Of a DNA stretch of 30,725 nucleotides, positions 1 to 9,392 are shown one piece after another. The stretch covers positions 1 through 30,725 of the forward strand of contig JAMOQB010000053.1 in the NCBI GenBank assembly GCA_027064225.1. Direction: 5' to 3'. Under the pieces are notes generated by a model that saw only the letters and a program-made list of their open reading frames with translations, was not told the DNA's origin and searched no databases. The stretch's first letter is position 1, and every line of letters begins with the position of its first letter. The translations under genes were made by a program, and so were the position numbers. This DNA is from Candidatus Woesearchaeota archaeon (lineage in GTDB: Archaea; Nanobdellota; Nanobdellia; Woesearchaeales; WAPY01).

Positions 1-474
1 TTCATTAAAAAGTTCTCTTCAAAAAAACTGTGTATGTTGAATGAGAAGCAGATTGAAAAGGAGATCTATCCTGTTGGGTTTTACAAGACAAAAGCCAAGC
101 GTATTGTTGAAATTTGTAGGATAATCAACGAAAAGTATGGTGGTAAAGTGCCGCGAAGTTTTGAAGAAATCATAAAGCTCCCTGGAATTGGAAGAAAGAC
201 AGCAAATCTATTCTTAGCAACAGCTTTTGGAGTAGACACAATCTGCGTCGATGTTCATGTTCACAGGATATCAAATCGCTTGGGATTAGTTAAGACAAAA
301 ACTCCAAAAGAAACTGAAGAAGCATTGAAGAAAGTGTTCAAAAGAAAGGATTGGATGAGAATAAATCAGGTGTTTGTTCCATTCGGCAAGGAAATATGCA
401 GACCCGTAAGTCCAAAGTGTGAAATATGTCCATTAAGGAAAACATGCAAGTTTGCTTCAGAAAAAGTTCTTTAA
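1..474 (+). CDS. nth: Endonuclease III (HhH-GPD DNA glycosylase/AP lyase), 5'-truncated by the window edge
   Basis: Frame 1 is open from base 1 (FIKKFSSKKLCMLNEKQ...). Motifs: IYPVGFYKTKAK, HhH LPGIGRKTANL, VDVHVHRISNRLG and complete 4Fe-4S motif C-x6-C-x2-C-x5-C (CRPVSPKCEICPLRKTC). Confidence 0.95.
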   Translation, partial: FIKKFSSKKLCMLNEKQIEKEIYPVGFYKTKAKRIVEICRIINEKYGGKVPRSFEEIIKLPGIGRKTANLFLATAFGVDTICVDVHVHRISNRLGLVKTKTPKETEEALKKVFKRKDWMRINQVFVPFGKEICRPVSPKCEICPLRKTCKFASEKVL

Positions 475-2796
475 ACTCTTGTTGTTTGAAAGCACATCTC
501 TTTTTGAAGAACCAATTAACTGCAAAAGACTGTCCACAACTTGAAGAACCTGATGTGTTATATAGTATTCAGAGTCGTAGCATCCCTGACTGCACTCAGA
601 AGGGACTTCAACCCTTGAACTAATCCTGCCAGAGCCCGGCTTAACAATGTATTCAATTATCATACCTGGATGCACAATAAAACCCCTCTTCCTCATCTTC
701 TGTGCGAGCACAACATGCGGACCATACGACTTGTAGCTTGAGGGCATTTTCTGAAGTTGAGTTCTCATTATTAATTTATCATTCTTAATTCGTTTGTGCT
801 TCAAGTCCTCAACTATTTGTTTGATATAACTTAGAATCTTCTCACGCTTGTCACCATTTAGAATCATCTCTACGACCTTACTCTGCACTTCTTTAGCAAG
901 TGGGCAGTAATTCCTCCTCACAAATTCAAGACCAACAAACTTTATAGATTTATCCTCAGTTAGAAGTGCGTACTTCTTCTTAGCTCCTGATGAGGATCCT
1001 CTTGAACTAACGAAAAGCCCTCTTGGATAAAAACCCTGAAAATCCAAGTTCATCAGTCCGGGCAAGGATTTGTTAATAGACTCCACAAAACGCTCGGCAT
1101 CTCTTCTCGTTTTAGTGCCCAAACTCATAAAGATAGAATCAGTATCTGAATAAATAACTTTAAAACCTGCATCCCCCGCCTCGTGTATCACACGCTGTAT
1201 ATAATACCTGCCATAAGAAGTTATGCTCTCAGCACATTCAAAGCAGTACCACCTCGACCCGAAGAATCCCAAGTAACCATACATAGAGTTTGTTATCTTC
1301 TTAAGCACTCTTTCTCTAGCAAGAAGTGTTCTGTCACTCTTGTCCCTCTTAACTACCCTCTTCAGTTTAGTCCTCTCCACAATGAGTGAGTGTATTACTT
1401 CGGGAATAAAGCCCCTATTTTTTAAGCAGAACCAATAGCTATCAAAACCAGGGACATGAGCTTCTTTCTTATTCCTGCAACAAGAGCACCTGTATGAGTC
1501 GGGAGATATGTTGTGAGCATCAATTATTGAGGGGTACAAACTTTTAAAATCAAAAACAATGATGTTATCATATATGCCTGGACTTGGCTGGAACACAAAA
1601 GCTCCCTCATAAGACCTTGAGGTTCTCTCAGAGATTTCATCATGATTTGGTTTATTCGGAACCAACATTCCGAACTTCTTTGATTCAGAGATAAGGTGCC
1701 ATTCAACTATCTGAGAGTAGCTCATCCGCGAAACATCAAATAATGGTAAAGAGGTAAGTTTAACGAGCTCAATCATATTTGGAAACAGTTCCTCAAATAG
1801 TTTGAACGCCAGCTCAGAGTCCTTTAAGTTATACTCATAAAACAATGTCAAATCATTGTCCCGCCAGTGTTGGGATATTGATGACAGAGTTACATCAACC
1901 TTGTTGTCATGGAGTATTTCTGATGCTACGCTGTTCAAGTCATATGTCTCTGTCTTCAGGGAGCTGGCAACAAAGTTTCGTACAAACCTGAAAAGGTCAA
2001 TGTGAATAAAAGAATCTACATGAACAGATGGAAACCTAGACCGCTTAAACTTCGGCTTTGAATTAGAAAAGAGGAGTTTTACAGAGTTGACATCTGCCCT
2101 TTTAATCAGGTAAGGAAAATCAAAGCTGTCTGATGAGTAGCCAACAAGAACATCCGGGGAGTATTTATTCACAAGGTCAACAAACCTTTCTAAAAGCTCT
2201 TTTTCAGATGAAACTATCTCAACATAAGGAGGAGTTTTAGAACCCTTTTTATCTTTAAGCCAAGCCACGACCTTTTTAAAAGTTTTACCTTTATAAACGC
2301 CGTATAAGCTAAACATAAGAATAGGATTTTTATCAAAGTTGATTTCTTCACCGTATGTTTCAATGTCAAATGCCAACACCTTTAAATTAGAAAGCTCGGC
2401 AAATTTCTTTGACTCAAAAGGATGTTCTTTATTAGTAAGCACAGACAAAGGCTTTATCTTTGAATCGTAAATAAACTTTTTCACAATGGGAAAGTCCGCC
2501 TCAAAAAAATCAATTTTGCTCTTCTTCAGTTTATTTCTGGCCTCAAAAAATGAGCTTACAGAGTCAAATTGAAGCTTTGAGAATTTGTCGCGCTTATTGA
2601 ATACTTTCAGTTCCTGCTCTTGAATTAAAGAAAAATTTAGACCCAAATCAGTTAAGCTATTAACATCTGCACTCCTGACATACATTGACGGCTTGAAATC
2701 AAAAAGAACAAACTCTTTCTTACCTGAAGACAGATTCTTAAAAAGCACTTTTATTTTACCTTTCTCCTCAGCAAAGCACAGGGGGATATAAGTCAT
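457..2796 (-). CDS. polB: Family B DNA polymerase (archaeal PolB3-like) with 3'-5' exonuclease domain
   Basis: ExoI FDIET, ExoII GYSSDSFD, ExoIII YNLKD; polymerase motifs DFKSLYPSII, KKITNSMYGY, YSDTDS, then KKKYALL and GLEFVRR. No intein. Confidence 0.97.
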   Translation of the reverse strand: MTYIPLCFAEEKGKIKVLFKNLSSGKKEFVLFDFKPSMYVRSADVNSLTDLGLNFSLIQEQELKVFNKRDKFSKLQFDSVSSFFEARNKLKKSKIDFFEADFPIVKKFIYDSKIKPLSVLTNKEHPFESKKFAELSNLKVLAFDIETYGEEINFDKNPILMFSLYGVYKGKTFKKVVAWLKDKKGSKTPPYVEIVSSEKELLERFVDLVNKYSPDVLVGYSSDSFDFPYLIKRADVNSVKLLFSNSKPKFKRSRFPSVHVDSFIHIDLFRFVRNFVASSLKTETYDLNSVASEILHDNKVDVTLSSISQHWRDNDLTLFYEYNLKDSELAFKLFEELFPNMIELVKLTSLPLFDVSRMSYSQIVEWHLISESKKFGMLVPNKPNHDEISERTSRSYEGAFVFQPSPGIYDNIIVFDFKSLYPSIIDAHNISPDSYRCSCCRNKKEAHVPGFDSYWFCLKNRGFIPEVIHSLIVERTKLKRVVKRDKSDRTLLARERVLKKITNSMYGYLGFFGSRWYCFECAESITSYGRYYIQRVIHEAGDAGFKVIYSDTDSIFMSLGTKTRRDAERFVESINKSLPGLMNLDFQGFYPRGLFVSSRGSSSGAKKKYALLTEDKSIKFVGLEFVRRNYCPLAKEVQSKVVEMILNGDKREKILSYIKQIVEDLKHKRIKNDKLIMRTQLQKMPSSYKSYGPHVVLAQKMRKRGFIVHPGMIIEYIVKPGSGRISSRVEVPSECSQGCYDSEYYITHQVLQVVDSLLQLIGSSKRDVLSNNKSLKNFF

Positions 2797-2818
2797 ACTC
2801 TTTGAAAGCTTTCCACAT

Positions 2819-3475
2819 TTAAAAGTTTATCTTGTCTCCAGTCAGATGAAAATATGCGGAATAAGCTATACCCACAATTGCATTAACAACATCTTCCCAC
2901 GACTCAACTGAAGAAGAATCGCCTTGACTCTTCAACTTTTTTGAAACCGCATCTTTTAACTTTACAAAGAACCCTTTTGACTTACTTTCTCCATCATAAA
3001 TTTTCTTATCAACATGATATGACAAAATAGCAAGCTCGTAGTTAAAGAAAAAATCAGAAAGTGTGTCCCTAAGCAAATTTTCAATATTTGGATAAAACAA
3101 ACTCGAATTGCTTGAAAGATTTTGTTCAACAGTTGCAACAATGCTATCTGTATCAACTCCATAAATAGCGAGAATATGATACGCTTCCATTTTGGCAGTT
3201 TCATTATCAGATCCAAAAAAGGATTTTGAGAAGGAAGACACTAAGATTTCCAAAGTAGAAGAGTTACAATCTTTCTTCGTTTGCCTTTTCGCCCGTTTCA
3301 CTGGGAAGAAAGATAAGTTTGTGTAATTTTCCTCCGTTCCAGAACAATTATTTTTATTATCTGATAATCTCTCTGAAAAAAGCTCATAAAACTTGTTTTC
3401 CTTTGTTTTCAATTCCTTTAAAAAGTTCAAGGAGTCATCAACTAAGGATTCTAACAAGGACTTCCTCTTAGCCAT
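2819..3475 (-). CDS. Hypothetical protein (~218 aa)
   Basis: Long ORF filling the gap between polB and the divergent gene. Start moved from 3538 to ATG 3475 (MAKRKS) because a TTTTTATAT box lies at 3496-3504, 22-29 nt upstream. No recognisable family. Confidence 0.7.
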   Translation of the reverse strand: MAKRKSLLESLVDDSLNFLKELKTKENKFYELFSERLSDNKNNCSGTEENYTNLSFFPVKRAKRQTKKDCNSSTLEILVSSFSKSFFGSDNETAKMEAYHILAIYGVDTDSIVATVEQNLSSNSSLFYPNIENLLRDTLSDFFFNYELAILSYHVDKKIYDGESKSKGFFVKLKDAVSKKLKSQGDSSSVESWEDVVNAIVGIAYSAYFHLTGDKINF

Positions 3476-3558
3476 AAACATAAATGACAATACAAATATA
3501 AAAATCTTACTAAAATAACTACTATAAAAAGAATACAATACTTTTTAACGAGTAAGAG

Positions 3559-3594
3559 TTTATAAATTATACTAAATATGATTATTAAGAGGTG
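3559..3594 (+). promoter_or_regulatory. TATA box (TTTATAAA, 3559-3566) and Shine-Dalgarno (GAGGTG, 3589-3594) for the 3600 gene
   Basis: Archaeal consensus motifs at the expected spacing from ATG 3600. Confidence 0.6.
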
Positions 3595-3599
3595 TCTTC

Positions 3600-5456
3600 A
3601 TGACTGAAAAAGGCAAAAAGAAAACAATTAACAATAAAAAGAAACAACCGCTTAACAAAAACAAAAGTCCTGTTGAGGAAGGGCTAAAAAACATGATTTC
3701 TGACCCAAAAATTAAGGAAAAGCTGAAGAAGATTGTAGATGACAGTAAGAAGTTTGAGAAGGAAATTGTCAAAAAGTTTGGAGATTACATCTTAGGTATA
3801 TCTCTGCTTCCAAAAAAACCTGAAAATAAAGGTGAAAAGGAACATATAAGACTCATAGTACTTGTTGATGATTCTGACTCTAAAAAGATGAGCAAGGAGG
3901 AATTAGAAGCAAAGCTCTCAGCTGTTATGAAAAAGATCGCCTCAGACATTTCAAAAGACCTTGAACCTGAAACACTTCTCCTGTCAAAACTTTGGGAGAA
4001 ATGTTATGATGGTGATTATGACATCCTGAAAGACCTTGCGGTTTCAACAATTATTTATGACAAGGGTATGATGTCTGCCATAAAGATTGCAGAAGTTCAC
4101 AAAACAATGATATTGAAGAAGTTTGAAAAGTATATAGTAAGCTATGTTCTTGCAGGGTCATTAGTCAAGGGCAGAGCGACGAAAGAAAGCGATATTGATG
4201 TCTGGGTTGTTGTAGATGACACAGATGTGAAAAGGATGAGCAGAGCTGAGCTTAAAGATAAGCTAAGAGCTATTATAATAAAATACGGCATTGATGCTGG
4301 AGAAATAACAGGAATAAAAAACAAATTGAACATACAGGTTTATATACTCACGGAGTTCTGGGATTCTCTAAAAGAAGCCAACCCAGTAATATTCACTCTC
4401 CTAAGGGATGGTGTGCCTTTCTACGACAGGGGAATATTCATGCCTTGGAAGCACCTGTTAAAGATGGGCAGGATAAAACCAAGTCAAGAAGCGATTGATC
4501 TTTTCAAAACAACTGGTAAGGAAATCCTACCAAGAGTAAAAAGTAAACTTAGAGACATAGGCACAGAGGATTTGTATTATGCCATGCTGACTCCTGCTCA
4601 AGCAGCAATAATGCTCTATGGACTGCCTCCAAAAGACCCGAAAGAGACAGCTGAAACCCTAAGAGAAATCTTCGTAAAAAAGGAGGGAATTTTAGAAGAG
4701 AAATATGCAAAGATGCTTGAAAGGGTTATAAAACTGAGGAAAGATGTGGAACATGGAGTTAAGAAGGAAGTTACCGGAAAGGAAATTGACGAATTAATAA
4801 GTGATGCTGATAAGTTCTTGAAGAGGATAGACAGATTATTTACTCAGATATACAAGAAGAGGGAAGAAGAGAAGGTCCTTAAACTCTACAACTCAGCTGT
4901 TGATGTAATAAGGGAAGCACTAAAATCCGTCGGAAAGGAAAGTATCAAAGAGAGGGATATTCCAAAACTATTCCGTGAAGAACTTGTTGAAAAGGGATTT
5001 GTAAGAAGCGAACTGCTCAAAAAGGTTGAAAATTTAAGCAAATGGAAGAAGCTCTATGAAGACAAAAAGATAACAAAATCAGAGCTTGAAAAGGCATTCA
5101 AAGACACAGAAGAGTTAATAAGAGAACTCATAGAATTCGTACAGAGGAAAAGATTCTTAGAGATTGAGAAAGCCAAAGTAAGGATTAGATATAACAAGGA
5201 TAAAATAGCGGAACTTGTCCTCTTTGAAAACCATGCTGTTTTGTACCCAAACATAAAAAACAAGGAAAACGCAAAACTTCTGTTAGTCAGTAAAGAAGGA
5301 GGATTCAAAGAAGAAAAGGAAAATGCAAATGAAGATGAAATACAAGAAATAATGAAAAAGGAAAAAACAATAAACAGAGGTTTAAAGAGAAATGACCTTG
5401 AAAGCTTGGCTGAAATCTTAAACGACGAGAACTTAGAGGTAATAATAAATCCCTGA
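3600..5456 (+). CDS. Pol-beta-superfamily nucleotidyltransferase (MNT)-HEPN fusion protein with duplicated domains
   Basis: GS-x10-DID motif (G186-S187, D198, D200: LAGSLVKGRATKESDIDVWVVVDD), a degenerate N-terminal copy of this domain, and a HEPN-like helical region with RKDVEH (R380-x4-H385). Confidence 0.8.
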   Translation: MTEKGKKKTINNKKKQPLNKNKSPVEEGLKNMISDPKIKEKLKKIVDDSKKFEKEIVKKFGDYILGISLLPKKPENKGEKEHIRLIVLVDDSDSKKMSKEELEAKLSAVMKKIASDISKDLEPETLLLSKLWEKCYDGDYDILKDLAVSTIIYDKGMMSAIKIAEVHKTMILKKFEKYIVSYVLAGSLVKGRATKESDIDVWVVVDDTDVKRMSRAELKDKLRAIIIKYGIDAGEITGIKNKLNIQVYILTEFWDSLKEANPVIFTLLRDGVPFYDRGIFMPWKHLLKMGRIKPSQEAIDLFKTTGKEILPRVKSKLRDIGTEDLYYAMLTPAQAAIMLYGLPPKDPKETAETLREIFVKKEGILEEKYAKMLERVIKLRKDVEHGVKKEVTGKEIDELISDADKFLKRIDRLFTQIYKKREEEKVLKLYNSAVDVIREALKSVGKESIKERDIPKLFREELVEKGFVRSELLKKVENLSKWKKLYEDKKITKSELEKAFKDTEELIRELIEFVQRKRFLEIEKAKVRIRYNKDKIAELVLFENHAVLYPNIKNKENAKLLLVSKEGGFKEEKENANEDEIQEIMKKEKTINRGLKRNDLESLAEILNDENLEVIINP

Positions 5457-5601
5457 AAGGTATGATACTTAAATTAGGATAAACAAAACTATACTCTTCT
5501 TTATTTTTATTTAAATGATTTATATTCTTTCTTAAAATTAGAACTATATTTTTACATTGCAATAAGTTTATAAGCAAGATTAACTAACTCAAGATAGCAC
5601 A

Positions 5602-6174
5602 ATGAAAACAGGTTACAAAGTGTTGGACGCAATGACAAAAAATCCGATAATAATCTCTCCAGATGCGACAGTAAAAAGCTGCGCCGAATTAATGCGAAAA
5701 GAGAAGGTAAGCGGACTTCCAGTCGTGGAGGATGAAAAACTTGTTGGTGTAGTAACCGAACATGACATAGTTAGAAAAGTCGTTGCAGAAGGAAAAAGCT
5801 TGAACAAGAAAATCAAAGATATAATGGTAAAGAAAGTTATTACAATAAAATCAAACGCAGATATATATGAAGCTTTAGAAAAGATGAAAAACTATGGAAT
5901 AAGACACTTACCTGTAGTTTACAAGAAAAAATTAATTGGGCTTCTAACAGTTAAGGACATTCTAAAAATAGAACCCCAACTCTTTGAACTCATAGCAGAG
6001 ACATATGAGATAAGAGAAGCATACAGAAAGCCGATAAATAACAAATCAGGACCAGGAATCTGCCAGATATGTGGGAGATTCGCCACAGAACTCTTCTTAG
6101 TTGATGGGGTGCTTATGTGTGAGGAATGCAAAAGGGAGAATGAACAACAGAAGAGTCACAAGAAAAGTATTTAA
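5602..6174 (+). CDS. Tandem CBS-domain protein with C-terminal zinc ribbon
   Basis: Two CBS repeats (SGLPVVEDEKLVGVVTEHDIV; RHLPVVYKKKLIGLLTVKDIL) and CQICG...CEEC. TATA TTTATAA at 5567-5573. Confidence 0.9.
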   Translation: MKTGYKVLDAMTKNPIIISPDATVKSCAELMRKEKVSGLPVVEDEKLVGVVTEHDIVRKVVAEGKSLNKKIKDIMVKKVITIKSNADIYEALEKMKNYGIRHLPVVYKKKLIGLLTVKDILKIEPQLFELIAETYEIREAYRKPINNKSGPGICQICGRFATELFLVDGVLMCEECKRENEQQKSHKKSI

Positions 6175-6198
6175 ATGAATTGAAAAAACTAATTCTAC

Positions 6199-8109
6199 AT
6201 GCTAAAATTCAAAACAACTGAAGAGATAAAGGTTCCGAAAAAGCTGATAGACCAAGTAATAGGTCAAGAGAGAGCTGTAGAGATAATAAAAAAAGCAGCC
6301 AAGCAAAGGAGACATGTTCTCCTCATGGGTGAGCCGGGCACCGGAAAATCCATGCTTGGAATGGCTCTGGCACAACTTCTACAGAAAGAAAAGCTCATTG
6401 ACATACTTGCATATCCAAATCCCCACGACGAAAATAAACCATTAATAAGGACAGTTCCTGCAGGAAAAGGCAGAGAAATCGTAATGAAAGCAAAGCTTGA
6501 GAGTATGGGAAATATGAAGAACCAACAGGCAATAATGTTCATACTCCTCCTTATCACAACAATCTCCCCTTGGTTAGCATTTAATTATTATCAACAAATG
6601 TTTTCAGCAACTGTTGGAGCAATCATGTTTACCTCAATGTTTCTGGGAGGAATGCTATTCCTCGTCAGTTTCATGGTTTTTATGAATCTAACCAAAAAAA
6701 CCAACAATACAAATAATGTCCCAAAGATAATTGTGGATAATTATGGCAGAAAAGAAGCACCATTCTTAGATGCTACTGGAGCACATGCAGGAGCCCTACT
6801 CGGAGATGTGCTGCACGACCCATTTCAAAGTGGGGGTCTCGGAACTCCTGCACATGAAAGGGTTGTTGCAGGTATGATACACAAAGCACACCTTGGAGTT
6901 CTGTTTATAGATGAAATCGCAACTTTAGACCCAGCAACCCAACAAGAATTACTAACCGCTCTGCAAGAGGGTAAGTACCCAATAACTGGACAGAGCGAAA
7001 GGAGTGCGGGGGCTATGGTAAGAACAGAGCCCGTGCCCTGCAAGTTTATACTCGTAGCCGCGGGGAATTTAGAGACATTAAAGCATATGCATCCAGCTTT
7101 GAGGTCAAGAATAAGAGGGTATGGGTATGAGGTTTATATGGATGAAACAATGCCCGACACACCCAAAAATAGGGATAAGATTGTTAGATTTGTCGCTCAA
7201 GAAGTTGTCAAGGACGGTCGCATTCCTCACTTCACCAGAGACGCAGTTGAAGAGATTATAAAACAATCGCGGAAGATGGCAAACAGAAAGAACCACTTAA
7301 CATTAAGATTCAGAGAACTTGGCGGCTTGGTTAGAGCTGCAGGAGATGTTGCAAGAGAAGAAAACGCAAAGTATGTTACGAAGAAACATGTTATAAAAGC
7401 TGAGAAAATAGCTAAAACCTTAGAGAAACAAATAGCCGACAAATACATCGAGAGAAAGAAAGAGTATGAAGTTATCAAAACAAAAGGAAAGGAAATAGGC
7501 AGAGTTAATGGCTTGGCAGTTATGGGCTCAGGCAACTCATACTCAGGAATTATGCTCCCCATAGAAGCAGAGGTTACTGACTCTGAGAAAGAAACGGGCA
7601 ATGTTGTAGCAACTGGAAAACTTGGCAAAATAGCCAAGGAGGCTGTCATAAATGTGTCTGCAATAGTGAAGAAGTACTTTGGCCAGGAACTTAAGAAGAA
7701 ACAGGTCTTCATACAATTCCTACAAACATACGAAGGCGTTGAGGGCGACTCAGCCAGCATAGCAATAGCAACAGCAATCATATCATCACTAACAGGCATT
7801 CCTGTGAAGCAGGATGTTGCCATGACCGGCTCATTGTCCATACTTGGAGAGGTCCTACCTGTTGGAGGAGTGTCCTCAAAAGTTGAAGCCGCTATCAACT
7901 CTGGAATAAAAGAGATTATAATCCCAAAATCAAATATAAAAGATGTTATTATTGATGAGGAAAAGCTGAAGAAAATAAAGATAATCCCTGTATCAAACTT
8001 CATAGAAGTTCTTGAAGAAAGCTTAGATTGGAGCAGCAATAAAAGGATCTTCAAAGATTTAAAGAAGAATTACTCAACATTTAGAAGAGATAAAAATAAA
8101 ATCAAATGA
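6199..8109 (+). CDS. lonB: Archaeal membrane-anchored ATP-dependent Lon protease (LonB)
   Basis: Walker A GEPGTGKS, two hydrophobic segments inserted in the AAA domain, Walker B LFIDEI, ALRSRIRGYG, and Ser-Lys dyad motifs EGDSASIA and PVGGVSSKVEAA. Confidence 0.97.
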   Translation: MLKFKTTEEIKVPKKLIDQVIGQERAVEIIKKAAKQRRHVLLMGEPGTGKSMLGMALAQLLQKEKLIDILAYPNPHDENKPLIRTVPAGKGREIVMKAKLESMGNMKNQQAIMFILLLITTISPWLAFNYYQQMFSATVGAIMFTSMFLGGMLFLVSFMVFMNLTKKTNNTNNVPKIIVDNYGRKEAPFLDATGAHAGALLGDVLHDPFQSGGLGTPAHERVVAGMIHKAHLGVLFIDEIATLDPATQQELLTALQEGKYPITGQSERSAGAMVRTEPVPCKFILVAAGNLETLKHMHPALRSRIRGYGYEVYMDETMPDTPKNRDKIVRFVAQEVVKDGRIPHFTRDAVEEIIKQSRKMANRKNHLTLRFRELGGLVRAAGDVAREENAKYVTKKHVIKAEKIAKTLEKQIADKYIERKKEYEVIKTKGKEIGRVNGLAVMGSGNSYSGIMLPIEAEVTDSEKETGNVVATGKLGKIAKEAVINVSAIVKKYFGQELKKKQVFIQFLQTYEGVEGDSASIAIATAIISSLTGIPVKQDVAMTGSLSILGEVLPVGGVSSKVEAAINSGIKEIIIPKSNIKDVIIDEEKLKKIKIIPVSNFIEVLEESLDWSSNKRIFKDLKKNYSTFRRDKNKIK

Positions 8110-8180
8110 AGAAGAGATAGTCACTCATAAGTAATAAAAAACGAAAGATTTATAAATAATAGACCTTTCTCACTATTAAG

Positions 8181-8984
8181 GTGTTAAAGATGGATAATCA
8201 AAATTCAAAACTGGAAGAAATAATAAACAAGTATGAACCCTCTGCAATATGTAAGGAAAAAATAAAGAAGGATAAAGTTAAAAAATTAGTTAGGGGAACC
8301 GTTCAGTATTTAAAAGACGAAGATTTAATAAAAACTGATAATAAAAACAGCCAAAAAACAGAAACAAAATATCCTTACTCAGTTTATATAGGAATAGTAA
8401 GAGCGATTAGGAATGGAGTTTTAGGACGAATGAATGAAAAAGATAGAAAATATTGCGAATTATGTGTTATTGATGATACCATAGAAAGAATCATTCAAAA
8501 AGGATTAATCAATGAAGAAAAAATATTCCCTTATGAGAGTAAAGAGAAAACTTTAAAAGAAATTCCAAGCGTAGAAAAAATCAAAGAATATTTGCATCAA
8601 ATACTCCCAGAACAGAAGACTACAATAGATAAGGTAATAACTTTCTTTGAAAAAGATAAAGGATACATATTAAACAAAGAGGAAGAACCGAAAGAAGAGA
8701 ATGTTACAAAGGAGTATGCTCTTAATTATTTTATATCAACCACATTTATAAATGAGAAATTTAATGATCTGTTTGAGGGAGAAGGGAAAATAGAAGATAA
8801 ATTAAAATCTATAAATGCAGTTTATTTGACAATAAAAGCAATGCAAGAATCAGGACTTTTAGATAACACTAAGATAACTAAAGAAGAGAAGATTAAAGAG
8901 AAAATGAAGGAAGAGATTAAAAAAAAGTTCGATGAAATTTATTCTAAATCGTTGGGGAAATATAACTGGATAAGTTGGGAGTAA
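8181..8984 (+). CDS. Hypothetical protein (AT-rich ORFan)
   Basis: 267-aa ORF with its own TATA box (TTTATAAA 8149-8156). Start is GTG 8181 or ATG 8190. No recognisable motif. Confidence 0.7.
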   Translation: MLKMDNQNSKLEEIINKYEPSAICKEKIKKDKVKKLVRGTVQYLKDEDLIKTDNKNSQKTETKYPYSVYIGIVRAIRNGVLGRMNEKDRKYCELCVIDDTIERIIQKGLINEEKIFPYESKEKTLKEIPSVEKIKEYLHQILPEQKTTIDKVITFFEKDKGYILNKEEEPKEENVTKEYALNYFISTTFINEKFNDLFEGEGKIEDKLKSINAVYLTIKAMQESGLLDNTKITKEEKIKEKMKEEIKKKFDEIYSKSLGKYNWISWE

Positions 8985-9044
8985 AAAAAGTAAGATTCTA
9001 AATAAAACGCATTAAAACATTTTTCTTCTTTTGAGTTTCTTTCC

Positions 9045-9386
9045 TTACCACCTATTCTTAACTTGCTGTTCTAAATTTGTAATCCTCTGGTTTAAAGAGT
9101 CAATTGAAACCTTTATTGCATCAAGTTTAGCAGATATAACCTCCAAATTCTTGTTGAAAAGCTCGTTTGAATAAGGATTTTGATTAAAACTTTGCTGCTG
9201 AAAGCTTCTCTGCTGAAACGGCTCCTGAAAACTCTGCTGAGGCGTGTTTGAAACACCGAGGTTTGTCTGCTCAACATTAGAACTCAGAGGGTCAGGCTCA
9301 GCACTAACTTTAGCATCTTTCAGAATATCCTCCTTAAGTGCATCTAGATCATCTCTCTTTTTCCAAAACTTTAAGTTAAATCCCAT
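9045..9386 (-). CDS. Hypothetical protein: N-terminal FWKK motif, Q/F-rich low-complexity linker, C-terminal coiled coil
   Basis: 113-aa ORF with SD-like GAGGTGA upstream; heptad-patterned C-terminus LEVISAKLDAIKVSIDSLNQRITNLE. Confidence 0.8.
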   Translation of the reverse strand: MGFNLKFWKKRDDLDALKEDILKDAKVSAEPDPLSSNVEQTNLGVSNTPQQSFQEPFQQRSFQQQSFNQNPYSNELFNKNLEVISAKLDAIKVSIDSLNQRITNLEQQVKNRW

Positions 9387-9392
9387 AAAATA

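Noticed and set aside
3100-3175. IYGVDTDSIV in the ORFan next to polB resembles the PolB motif YxDTDS
   Set aside because: Spacing differs, the context looks helical and no other polymerase motif is present; most likely chance.
7227-8054. 275-aa antisense ORF inside lonB
   Set aside because: Shadow frame of a well-supported gene; Ser/Phe/Ile-rich as expected from complemented Lys/Glu codons.
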